Shown here: in pieces, positions 22,724 through 35,400 of the stretch
Layout of the letters: the number at the start of each line of letters is the position of its first letter
Position numbering within the stretch: position 1 is the first letter of the stretch
NCBI GenBank assembly: GCA_002104905.1
Contig: MCFE01000180.1
Coordinates: 1 to 64,000 of the forward strand
DNA from: Basidiobolus meristosporus CBS 931.73
Lineage: Eukaryota; Fungi; Basidiobolomycota
DNA length: 64,000 nt
Direction of reading: 5' to 3'
Translations under genes and position numbers: made by a program
Notes under the pieces: model-generated
What the model was told of the DNA's origin: nothing
The model's database searches: none
What the model saw: the letters and a program-made list of their open reading frames with translations, nothing else

Positions 22724-24450
22724 GCACTCTGGCTTTTGTTTGTGTGAATTCCATATTGAATGGTGTAGAAGTTGGCTTGTGACCACAAGAAATCTGGCAT
22801 ATCTTGATGGAGTTTTCCTGATAAAAATTAGTTGCTTGTTGCACCCAACCCAACTTTGCATTACTTAACTGATTACCCATGCATTGGGGCTGCTTGGCTT
22901 CTTAATGCCATAGGCATAAGTGTCTCCATGTGCACATTTGTCCTCTGTATTTTCCAACTCTTCCTGGCTGTCCTCCATGTGCCAACTCATCACATCCATG
23001 ACGGACTTGAAGGTAATATTCTTTATGAGATTGGGATATGGTAGTACCTGCAACTTGACTTGTCTTCCTATCTCCCCACACATCCTCTCCATAGGAAACT
23101 CCCAAAAGGTGAAGCAAGGCCCTTTATTCTCCACATACCAAGCAAGATGAAGTAGAGAATGATAGAGTAGAGGCAGAGATCTACATGTTCAGCTTTATGC
23201 TTATAGTATAGCTGCTCAAATCTCATTACAAACTCCTTGCATAACTGCTGTAGATGTATCAAGTTGGCATTGGTGGTCCACTTTCAGATAAGAATTTCTA
23301 CAATGTCCAAATATGATTCCCAATGCTTCCAATATACTCTTGGTAGGAATGACTTCAGAACACCACTGGAATACATACACATCCAGCTCTTCTAGTCTTT
23401 GCATATGCATTGTCACATAGGCATATGAATATTGAATGGAGGACATGAACAGTGCTTAGGGTAGCAGATACTTGGTAATATCTTGCCAATTCTTTCAAAT
23501 TTCTCAGGTAATTTGAAGGGCCCATTTAGCTTGAAATGCCGGACTGCATGAATCTCTTTATATGAGGTACTACCAGAATATATCTGGAGTGTGAACAATA
23601 TTTTCCCTCAATGGTGGTGGATTCCTGACAATTTGGACACGTTGCAATGGTATCATTTTTGGATGTGAATGCCATGCAACTGTTAACACATGCTGGAATC
23701 AGGACAGTCTCTGGATCATATGTTGCTAGCCGCATGACAGTTGTCCACTTGTACCATGTACATGGTAAGTTGCATCCCAGTATGATTTTGGCAAGAAGTA
23801 GTAATAAATCCTCAAAGCCCCCATTACTGATATTAGTGGAAACGCACCACTTCTCTACCCACAATATCACATCATTCACCAGTAGATGGATTACTGGGCT
23901 CACTTGGCTCCATAAAGTATCCTTGGCATTTGTCTCAATGGGTGTTTTCTCATTGCATATAGGGATTTGACCAGGCTCATACCTGGTACTGTTGTTAGGG
24001 GCAATAGGCTCAAAATCCATTAGTGAACCTTCTTTGTCAGAGCTATCACTCTGCATGCCATATTCAGAAGGCTGAGGTGAGCTTAAAGGTGTCACAAACT
24101 CACCTGACTCAGTTTGCACAAGGTGACAAAGATGGCCAGGTGCCAATATGGAAGTATCAACTGGCCGGCAAGATAATGTTGGTACAGTAGTGACCAATGA
24201 ATGGTCAAATATGACTTGGGTGGCAAAACACTGGCGGTGATCCTTGTAATACTTCCTATGCTATCTGCGTGCTTCATGGCTGAGAGGCTTGCCACAATAG
24301 CCACATGGTCTTTTTTCTCTTCTCTTACGGTGTTGAGTCAAAGTAGTCTTGTCTATGGGGCAAACAGTTTGACCTTCAACAACATAACGCTATTATATCA
24401 CTTTTTGGTCAATACTCATGTGAACTTAAGACAGTCTTGTATTTGAGACA
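22724..24450 (-). pseudogene. CACTA/En-Spm transposase pseudogene, central Transposase_21 core deleted
   Basis: Order on the minus strand: CGYCGKPLSH; CVNSCMAF..TCPNCQE; YILVVPHIKRF; then directly FKLNGPF..PPFNI..YSSGVLKSFLP..YWKHW..EFVMRFEQLYY..FWEFPMERMCG..PYPNL. These are typical fungal En/Spm motifs. Confidence 0.8.
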
Positions 24451-24578
24451 TTGCACCTACATGAATGTAACATTCAATGATGACCTGCCATAGTAAGCAT
24501 TATAAATAAAGTTGTGGCACCACATACACATGTATATGTAACACTATTTCCCCTTTGGTTTGACTCACTTCCATATAT

Positions 24579-26935
24579 ATGCCGCCAAAAAATAAAGCCA
24601 AGTTGTCTGGTTCTCAGCCAAACCCCACCGCTGACGGCAACAGAGGAACGGTTGGACAACAGCTTGCTTTGACATTCAGTGCAACAAGCAGGGCTACATC
24701 CAAAAAAGGCCCTGTGGATAGTGTACCCATTGAAGGTAATAATGCAGACTCCTCAGGCTCTCAGTCAAGTAGGCAATTGAGAACCTCTGCGGAGCCACAA
24801 GCTGACCGTTATGCTCAGGCAGATGAGAATGTAGCAAACACAGTACCCTCTGTTAAAGATCAGCAAGTGGCCATGACAACATCACCACCACCCATATTAG
24901 CAAGTATGTTATCAGCTAATACCAAAGCATTAATGAATCAATTAGGTGCAGTGGCTGATAGGATAGATGCAATGGCCCAGAGAAATCAGCAAGTAGTCCA
25001 GAAACAGGATGAGCGGATAATACGTGTAGAGCAATCAATATCCCAGGTAGAGAAAGCAGTATCTTTACTGCAAAGAAGGAACTCAAGTAGCTCAATGTCA
25101 CAGCCAAGAATTGAGCCATTTCCTGATGTAACAGCAGAGGAAAACTGTACAGTCTTTGAAGCACAACAACAGTGCCCAAAGATAAAGCCCCCAGAAACAC
25201 CTATCACAGCATGGGAGGGAGACAATGTGGTGTTTATACCAAAGCCTAAAAATCAAAAGACATCGAAGATTGGTGAAGCTGTTGAGTGCAATAACAAAGA
25301 GTGGGCAAATATACAAGAGGCTGTCAGAAGTCTACATGCCATCACCTTAAGGCCGGCATACCATGGGGCCATCAGGAACTCAATGCCAAGCAGAATGCAC
25401 TTGACTTGTTCCATGAGCATTATCCAGGATTCAAATGGGCAAACAGATTTTGGGCCAGCATTGGTATGCTAAGAAAGTTTCTTAAGTATAGCAGAAACTA
25501 TTAAAGCAGAAGAACAAGGGTGCCATGGCTAAAAACCAGTGGCTTCCCCAAGAGCCTGTTACAAGCAGGGCCAAAAGCTCCAGACAAGCATCAAAGAGAT
25601 GTCAGGCAGCGGGAAGAGTGCCAATTGAGGACAAGCAGGCAGATATGGATGCACCCACACAACATTTTTCAAGGAAAAAGCGTAGTACCACTCAAGAAGC
25701 ACCCAGTCAAAGTAGCAGTGAATGACCTGGCAGTAATAAAAACCAGCTGCTTTTACAGCAGCCTGTCACAACTATGGTTGAGAGCTCAAAACAAGCTGAA
25801 AAGAAATGTCAGGTTGCCAGAAGAGTGCCAGCAAGGGACAAGCAGGCCAAAACAGATGCGTCAGAGCAGAATTTATCCAGGAGAAAATGTAGTTCTTTAC
25901 AAGAAGCACTCAGACAAAATAGCAGTGAAAGACCTGGCAGTGATAAAGGAAAAGGTAAAGGGAGAAATATCTACCCAAGCCTGAGACAGGGAGGCATGCA
26001 AAAAAAACTGCAGTTCTTGCCAATTAATGCCACAAGCCAGGAACAGACTGAATCCCATCATAGCCAAGAAGAATTACCAATAAGAAAACAGCTGTTTTCA
26101 CAAGAGCTGGAAGCACAGCCAGTTGAGCTACACTCCAGCAAGGTAGATGAGTTTGCTGAAAAAGGCAATTTGTCTACCGCAGCCTCCACAGCCTCCATTA
26201 TTGACAGAGTGGAGATCCCACTGACAGAAAAGGCTACAACATCAAGCGCTTGAAAGACCATCAAAATGCCATCAGTGGAGTTTTGGAATATTAATAGGCA
26301 CACCAAGAGGCTGCAGCACTTCTTCAAGAGCAGTGCTCAAGAAAACACACTGGAATATTGCAAGGATTTATTGCAAAGACTGGCAGATGAGGAGCTAGAC
26401 CTTGCAGTGCCAGCTGAAGACCAGGATGTGTGGGAACCAGTGAATGAACAGTGGCATAGAGCCGTTGGGTTCCTGCCAAAGTTGTGGAACCAGAGTGTTA
26501 CAGCAGAGATACTTATTGAGTAGTGGATTTTAATGGAGTTACTTGTTGAGTGTGGGGTTGGGCTTAATGTTAGTGCAGGGTATAGAGACTTGTATAGGTC
26601 AATACAATTGGCAATTGAGGTACAACTGAAGTTCCAACAGAAATAAATCAATTTGTACGCATGAGATGTAAGAGAAACAGCTGAGTCAGGAAGTAAGGAG
26701 TGTGAAAAAGAGGCAATAGCCAATCAATTCACACAAATGTAGGAGGCAATAGAGTGTCCGGGATTAGAGAGTGAGCAAATTGGCAGGGAACCAATCAAAA
26801 GCCACTTATACATTGTTGTGATGAGAAATTTTGACAAAGTTTTTTGTGAAATCTGGGGTGCAATGATTTTTAAACAGTCTCTGGACGGAGTCCTGACAAG
26901 ATCAGTACCTCTCAGTCACGGGACATTAACTTTGT
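24579..26935 (+). pseudogene. Large accessory pseudo-ORF of unknown function, divergent from the transposase
   Basis: ORFs 24579-25472, 25301-25504, 25525-25725, 25774-26253 and 26266-26523 chain together across frameshifts and stops. Content: disordered region, coiled coil, W-rich helical block, an internal repeat of about 210 bp, and a C-terminal helical region. Homologues at about 18.9, 27.0, 30.5 and 32.3 kb. Confidence 0.6.
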
Positions 26936-26979
26936 GACAGCCTTTTGATGGAATCATCTCAAGAATTTTTCATAGGGCC

Positions 26980-28611
26980 AGACAACTGCTTGCTTTAACA
27001 TTCAGTGCTGCAAGCAGGGCTACAGCCAAAAAAGACCCTGTGAGCAGCAATCCTACCAAAGGTATAATGCAGACTCCTCAGGCTCTCAGTCAAGTAGGCA
27101 ATTGGGAATCTCTGCAGAGCTGCAAGCTGACCATATTGCTGTGGTGGATGAGAATGTAGCAAAAGCTGTACCTTCAGTTGATGGCCAGCAAGCTGCCATC
27201 ATAACATCACCACCACCTGCATTAGCAAATAAGTTGTCAGCACATACCAAAGCATTAATGAGGCAATTAGGTACAGTGGCTGAAAGGATAGATGCAATGG
27301 CCTAGAGATGTCAGGAAGTAGTCCAGAAACAGCAGGAGTGGGCAATAGGTGTTAAGCAATCAATATCACAGTCAGAGAAAGCAGTATCTTTGCTGCAATG
27401 ATGGAACTCAAGCAGTTCAATGTCATAGCCAAGAGTTTATTTATATCCCAATATAACAGCAGAGGAACACCATAAAGTCTTTGAAGCATAACAACAGTGC
27501 CTAAAGATGAAGCCCACAGAAAAACCTTATACACCATGGGAGGGAGAAAATGTTGTGCTTCTACCAAAGCCTAAAAGTCAAAAGACATTAATGATGTGTG
27601 AAGCAGGTGAATGCAATGATGAAGAGTAGACAAATACTCAAGAGGTTGTTAGAAGTCAAGAATGCCAACACCTTAAGGCTGGCATACCATGGGACCATCA
27701 GGAGCTGAAGGCCAAGCAGAATGTGCTTGACTTGCTCCATGAGCATCATCCTGGATTCAAACAAGCAATTGGTTTTTGGGCCAGCATTTGTATGTTGAGA
27801 AAATATCTCATGAATAGCAAAAGCTATCAAAGGCAGAAGAACAAGGGTGCAATGGATAAAACCAGTGGCTTCCTCAAGAGCTGGTTATATGCAGGGCCAA
27901 AAGCTCATACAAGCATCAAAGAGGCATCAGGTAGCTGGAAGAGTACCAATAAGGGAAAAGCCAGCAGAAACATATGCATCAGCACTACATTACCAAGGAA
28001 AAGCATTGCTCTACTCAAAAGTACTCCTTAAAACAAATTGAGAAATGGCTGGTAAAATACCATCATAGTATCAGCTGGTTTCTAAGTTTCCCAAAATTGA
28101 CAACTCACAATATTGCTATTCTGAGCTGATGGGCAGGCAAGCAAACAGGTTGTCTACAAAGAGACAAGGTAAACCAGCATCCATACCAAATTTGGTAATT
28201 AGCTGCCCATTGCTTCCATCAAAAATTGCATTGAAACCCAAACACCAGCTGAATACCTGCAAAATACCATCACAATACCAGCAGAATACCAGCTAAAATC
28301 CAATGAATTTCAAGTTTAAGATTTTCCATAGGGTACTCAGTCAAAATAGCCATGAAGGACCTGGCAGTGATAAAAACAAGCAGCTATCTCTGGTGCCAGT
28401 CAAAGCAAGGACTGAGAGCTCAAACAAGTGGGAAAGAAGCTTCAGGTTGTCTGCAAAGTGCCAGCAAGGGACAAGCTGGCCAAAACATATGCTTCAGTGC
28501 AGCATTAATCAACAAGAAATCATGGTTCCATGCAAGAAGCACTCAAACAAAGTGGAAGTGATAAAGGAAAAGCTAAGGGGGAGAAGTCCACCTAAGCCAT
28601 AGACAGGGAGG
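26980..28611 (+). pseudogene. Second, tandem, more decayed copy of the accessory ORF
   Basis: Colinear with about 24655-25995 (LANKLSAHTKALMRQLGTVAERIDAMA; LDLLHEHHPGFK). Confidence 0.75.
28027..28332. mobile_element. 306-bp insertion, possible MITE
   Basis: Absent from the 25.7-kb homologue. Bounded by a GTACTC direct repeat (28021-28026 and 28333-28338). Internal AAAATACC/CCAGC motifs. Confidence 0.4.
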
Positions 28612-30487
28612 TGTTCTAGTAGATTACAGTGACACTCACTGACAGATGTGTTCATTCCCATATTTTTTACTTCCCCACTCTTCTAATACCCTTATATTAG
28701 TTTTATCCCATTTGGCTTACTTATTCAGTACTATCCCATAAGCTGGTGTACTATTGTACCTGCTTACCTTATTGCATAAGTTATCCCTCACTTTATGTAA
28801 GATTACTTAATGTAAGTGCTTCTATATTATGCAGGTACCCATGCCAGTACCTGTAGCACATGACCAATCCACATCACAATCCCTACCATTTTCATACTGT
28901 TGTGGTAGGGTAAACATACCTCCCACAGACAAGTTTATTCATATAGTCATTATGATATACTTATCCATATTTTATCTTATCAGTATTATCCCATTCTTCT
29001 TTTGCCCATATTATCAGTATTATCCCCATATGATGTTTAACCTGATTAGTTATTAGCATTAGTTATCCCAGATGTTATTCAGCTTTGTGATCATTATATG
29101 TATCTACATAAGGCAAGTACCCGCATCAGTACCTGTGACACATGACCTAGGTCTGTGTTACCATCCCTACCATTTCAATACCAGATATGGTATTTCTATG
29201 TTGCACAGGTTTCAGACTACTGATTCCTGATTGGTTGGATGTGCTGTGCCCTTTAGAACCTTCCAGGACATTCTTGGCATATTCATAGCTCTTAGTGATG
29301 TCATCAAGAATTCCACTGATGCCTAGAATCTTGTAGAACATTGTCATTAGTAAACACTTAGCAATCAGGAAAAGTATTTAAGGGAAAGCAATCCCTCATC
29401 AATAAATCAACTCTTCTATCAGTAACACTTCTACCTTATTGATTAGCAGTTGATCACTGCACCTGCCTTCAACAGTACATCTCAGACCTGCCATCAAGAA
29501 GCTTTTCAGGGTAGTGCACAAGACACACAGAGGCCTTTGGAGACACTTGGAGCACCTAGGAAGCTAGAGAAGCAGGAGCTTTTACCATAGTGACATATTG
29601 ACAAATACACCAGCAGTTTAGACCCAGAGGTTATTGCACCCATCAGACACCTGACACACCTTGAGTTGTGTAGCTTCTCCCAGGAGTACCTCTACACCAC
29701 AACACCATATATAATATTCCTATGTTACATAGGTTTCAGAACATGGATCCCTGATTGGTTGAGTTTGCTGTGCCTCTTAAAGACTTTCAGCAGCTACTTG
29801 GAACATTCTTAGCTCATTCTGATGTCATTAAGATATCTATTTGACCACTGGAACCTTTTGGAAAACCATGATTAGTAATCACTTTGTCAGTGAGAAAAGT
29901 ATATCAGGGGGCAATCCCTCTACATTAAATCATCATCCCTTTTATCAATATACCAACTTGTTGCTTAGTATAATCACTGCTACCTGCTACTACCTGAGCT
30001 TCCAATCCCAGACCACAGGACAATCCCAGGAGTCTGTACTGACAGCCAACTGACCTTGGAGGCATTACTAGTGAGGAATACTAAGAGTAGGTATCTTTTA
30101 TTATATTTGATTCTTTCCCAAGTTTGTTCTTGTACAGGCAAAGATACTTTTCTGCCTATGTGACTATTGACCACAGCTGCATTCTCATCAAGTTCCTGCT
30201 GGTGGAGTTTACAGTTGTTTTGGCTTTGGATGCTTTAGTATATTGTCATCTCAAGGGATGCTGAACCCTGCGCATACTTTTGTCAAGATGCCAACTAAGT
30301 TGGGGATTGTAGCTGAATAGTTTTCCCTTGGCTAGCTTGTGACTTTATTCACCATCACATTAGATTAGAGACAGGACCCAAGTATTCATAGCAAGCAATT
30401 ACTAGAGGTTACCCAGCAAACACCCTACATATATAACACTTGAGAAGTGTTGGACAAATCTCTCCCTTGGTCTTATACACCACCGCA
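28612..30487. mobile_element. Rearranged, internally duplicated family C element
   Basis: Colinear in parts with 31171-32242 and ends CACCACCGCA. Segments near 28840, 29100-29400 and 29700 are repeated. No TSD. Confidence 0.65.
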
Positions 30488-30687
30488 ATGTATGAGGACC
30501 AGTGAATGAACAATGGCATAAAGTTGAAGGGTTCCTGCCAAAGTTGTGGAAACAGAGTGTTACTGCAAAAGTACTATTGAGTAGTGTATTTTAATGGAGT
30601 TAATTGCTGAGTGTGGGATGGGGCCCAATATTGGAGAAACGTAAAGGGACTTGCATATGTCAATACAATTGCAATTGAGGTACCATT

Positions 30688-31035
30688 TGTTGTAAGAGTC
30701 TTGGAGATATTGGAAGTGATTAGGAGGACAAGTAGATTATGTGGATTTCACTTAATGATTTATTGAATGTAAAAGTAGTATTTATACTTTTACCTGGTCT
30801 AGGCATTATAAACATTTAGAATAGGTTAAGAAAGGCCCCAAGAACATGTTTACAGATTTTGGGGCTGTTTGGGCAACTTTGAGCATTTTCATGTTCTGGG
30901 TACCTGGTATTTTGGTGAAATATTCTAAGTAAATCCCAACAAGGAATTTGGTCAGTATTCTCTAGAGTTTGGGAGTAATGATTTAAGTGATTAAGTTAGG
31001 CTAATAATCAGGTGGAATTACGGATTTTTACAACA
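30688..31035 (-). mobile_element. Solo LTR, Copia family A, with TSD CCATT
   Basis: TGTTGTAAGAG..TTACAACA, 348 bp, perfect 5-bp TSD CCATT. Host accessory ORF continues across it. Confidence 0.93.
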
Positions 31036-31170
31036 CCATTAAAGTTTCAATGGAAGTAAATCAATATGTATGTGTGAAAAGTAAGAGATACAATTGTGTC
31101 AGGTAGTAAGGAATGTGAAAAAGAGGCAATAGCCAATCAATGCACACAAATATAGGAGGTGATAGAGCAT

Positions 31171-32242
31171 TGTAGTGGGGTCACAGTGATACCCACTGAC
31201 ATTATGTGCTCATTCCCATATATTCTACTTCCCTATATCTCTACTACACATATTTTAGATTTATCCCATTTGTCTTACCTGATCAGTACTATCCCATAAG
31301 CCAGTTGACTATAACACCTGCTTTCCTTATTACATAAGTTATCCCTAACTTTATGTAAGATTACCAGCAGCAAGTGCTTCTATATTAGGCAAGTACCCGT
31401 GTCAGTACCTGTGACACATGATCAACCTGTGTCACCATAACTACCATTGCCATACCATGTATGGTATCCCTATGTTACACAGGTTTCAGGGTATTGATTC
31501 CTGATTGGCTGGATGTGCTGTGCCTCTTAGAACCTTCTGGCACCTACTTAGAGCATTCTTAGGTCATTCTAATGTCATTAAGATTTCTATTGACATCCAG
31601 AACCTTATGGAACACCATGATTAGTAATCACTTAGCCAGTGAGAGAAGTGTATCAGGGAGGCTATCCCCCAACAATAAATCATCATCTCTTTTATCAATA
31701 TACCAACTTGTTAATTAGTGTGATCACTGCTACCTGCTGCTATCTGAACTTCAAACCCCAGACCACAGGACACTCCCAGGAAATTGTGCTGATATTCAAC
31801 TGACCTTGGAGGCACTACTTGTGAGGAATACTCAGAATAGGTATCTTTTATTATATTTGATTCTTTCCCAAGTTTGTTCTTGTACAGGCAAAGATACTTT
31901 TCTGTCTTTGTAACTATTGGCCACAGTTGCATTCTTATCAAGTCCCTGCTGGTGGAGTTTACAGTTGTTTTGACTTTGGAAGCTTTAGAACATTGTCATC
32001 CCAAAGGACACTGAATCCAGCACATACTTTGGTTAAGATGCCAACTAAATTGGGGATTGTAGCTCAATAGTTTTCCCTTGACAAGCTTGTGGTTTTATTC
32101 CCCATTACATTGAATTAGAGACAGAACCCAAGTAGTCATAGCAAGCTTTTTCCAGAGGTTATTGCACCCAGTAAACACCCCGCACACAAAACACTTGCAA
32201 AGTGTTGGACATATCTCTCCCTTGAACTTATACACCACCACA
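31171..32242. mobile_element. 1072-bp family C element with TSD GCAT
   Basis: TGTAGTGG..CACCACCACA with perfect 4-bp TSD GCAT. Host sequence matching about 26740-26780 is restored on removal. Confidence 0.85.
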
Positions 32243-32465
32243 GCATCTGGGATGATAAAGTGAGAACATTGGCAAAGAACTGATCAATAGCCAGTTTTGT
32301 ATTAGTTTGATGTAAAATTTTGAGTAAATTTTTTACAATATCTGGGGTGTATTTGAATATGGATGGTCTTTGCACACTGTCTAGATGGAAACAATACCTC
32401 TTAGTCACAGGACTTAGAATCTGTGATTGCCTTCTGATGGGATCATCACAATAACTTTTTGTTGG

Positions 32466-35400
32466 GAAGACTTTCTTAAATTCATATGAGTATTGTCAAA
32501 AAAGTAATATAATAGCATTAAATTGTTAAGTACAGTTCTGTTTGCTACATGGAGAAGACTACTTTAATTCAACACTGTAAGAGAAGAGAAAAAGACCCTG
32601 AGGCTATTGTAACAAGCCTCTGAGCCATCAAGCACACAGCAAGCATAAAAAGTATTACAAGGAGCACAAACAGTGTTTTGTGTAATAAGTCATATTTGCT
32701 CCTTCATCAGTCACTTGGTACCATGTTTATCTTGCTGGTCATTTGATACTTCTACAACAGCACCCAGGCATACTTATCACCTAGCACAAATGGAGTCAGG
32801 TGAGTTTGTGGCACCTTTAGCCTCAACTGTGTTGTAAAAATTTGTATTTCCACCTAAAAATTCACCTAACTAGGTTACTTATATCATTACCTCGCATATC
32901 CTAGAGAATACTGACCAAATTCCTTGTTGGGATTTACCAAGAATATTTTTACCAAAATACCAGGTACCCAGAACATGAAAATCCTCAAAGTTGTCCAAAC
33001 AGCCCCAAACTTTGCACGCATGCTTTTGGGACCTTTCTTAGCCTATTCTACGTGCTTGTTATGCCAAGATCATGTAAAAGTATAAATACTACATTTACAT
33101 TCAATAAATCATTAAGTGAAAACCACCTAATCTACTTGTTCTCCCAATCACTTCCAATATACTCAAGACTCTTACAACAGGTTATGATCCTCAAGCTCTC
33201 ACTCTCTGCAATGTCTACTACTGCTGTTACTGGAATTTTTCCCTCTGCTGAAAAGTTGAATGGATCTAACTACCAAGTGTGGAAGGTGAAGATGAAGATG
33301 CTGCTACAAGAAAGAGGCCTTTTGGATGTTGTCATGGGAGAATAATGCCCTCCTAAAAATGTGGGAAAGGAAACCTTGAAGTACCAGAAGAAAGAACAAA
33401 GTGCCTTTAGCGGCATTTGCCTCAATGTTAAAGACAAATTACTAATTCAATGCTCAAGAGCAAAAATAGCAAAGAATGCCTGGGAGGTATTAGAAGACAC
33501 CTACCAGTCATTTTCAGCTGCTAAGAAAATGTATCTGAGACAAAAATTCTTTATTACAAAGATGCTGCCAGGAGAAGAAATGAAAAATCTAATTAATAGA
33601 ATTACCTTGCAGGTAGATGAGATGGAATCTGTGAGCGTACCAGCTACTGATGAGGATGTGATAGCTACCATCCTGAATAGCCTGACAGAGAAGCTTCAGG
33701 GCCTTGTATCAGCCCTAGAGCCCAGAACTGAAGATTTGACCTTAAATTATGTATATGGAAGGCTTGTTGATGAATAATTAAGAAAATCAAGTGCCAATAA
33801 GAAGGAAGAAAAAAATGCTTCAATAAGGATTGATAACCAACAAAGGAGGTACCCAAGACCCTACAAAGGCAACAGCAACCTGTTTTACAACTACTTCAAA
33901 AGGAAAGGACACACATCAGACCAGTGTCTCAAAAAGAAAGATAATCAGCAAAAGAAATCTGAATATGGAAATGCTGCAACAACTCAAGATAGACTATATA
34001 TATCTGCACTAAATATGACCACAAACAAGGATCCTCTGACGTAGTGTATTGACTCTGGAGCATCTCAACACTTTACACACCAAAAAGAATGTTTTACCCA
34101 ACATCAAGAAATTCGAATTAAGAAGGTTTTTATGGGTGACAATAGAACACTTGATGCAGTGGGAGAAGGAACTACCCAAGTAAACCCAAGAAGTAGTAAA
34201 GGAAGCCATACACTGACCTTTAAAGAAGTACTCTATGTACCAGAAATAGCCAAGAACCTACTATCTGTAAGCAAGGCCACTGCAGAAGGACTCAGTTTCA
34301 GCTTTGACAATTCTGGATGCAGGATCACTGATCAAAATGATGCCCATATTGCTTTGGGTATCAGAGATCAGAATCTATACAAGTTGACTTATATTCTATC
34401 ATATCTGGAAGCCAATATAAGTGACTTAACTGAAGAAACACCAATGCTTTGGCACAGGAGATTTGGGCACATCAATTTTGACTATTTGTGCAAAATGATC
34501 AAAGATCAGCTAATTTCAGGAGCAAAAATTGATCCCCCAGCCAATTTGGAGCACTGTGAAGCCTGCATATATGGGAAACAAGCCAGACAACCGTTCAAGA
34601 GCTCTGGGTTAATCAAAACTAAGAAAAAATTAGATCTAATTCACTCAGATATGTGTGGACCTATGCAAAATATATCCTTTGGTGGGATGAAGTATTAAAT
34701 CACTTTTATTGATGATTATACAAGATACACATTGATCTACTTCATGGAGAGAAAGGTAGAAGCTCTGTCTAAGTTCAGGGAGCTTAAAGCCATGGTGGAG
34801 AGAGAAACTGGTGAAGAAATCAAGAAAATCTGCTCTGACAATCATGGAGAATATACCTCAAAACTCTTCATCCACTTCTGCAAAATTCATGGGACAAAGC
34901 AAGAGACTACTGTACCATATTCCCCACAGCAAAATGGAGTAGCAGAAAGTGCTAACAGATCAATAATTGATATGGCAAGATCTATGATCCATGATCAAAA
35001 ATTATCCTATGATTTTTGGGCAGAATCAGTTGCCACTGCTGTATATCTTAAAAATAGAAGTTATAACAGAATGCTTTGTGATTCTACTCTACTTGAAGCA
35101 TGGTATGGATACAGATCAAGTGCAGAACATCCAAGAGTATCTGGGTGTACAGCATATGCCAAGAAACTGCCCGGAAAGCAGTCAAAATTTGAGCCAAAAA
35201 GTGTAAAATGCTTTTTTTTTGGGCTACTGCAATAAGAGTAAAGCATACAGACTCTACAATACCAAAGCAAAGAAGCTAATCAAGTCCAGGGATGTGTTGT
35301 TTGACAAAAATTCAAAATTTTTACAAAAATGACATCAGATGATGACAAAAGTTTGATCTCAAGTCCACCAATAGTCAGGTTTGAAATGGAGCAAAATTAT

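Noticed and set aside
33052-33210. gag frame extending upstream into the Copia A LTR (also 44789-44947)
   Set aside because: The upstream ATG precedes the likely TATA box (GTATAAATA), so it is probably not transcribed. Recurrence just reflects LTR identity.
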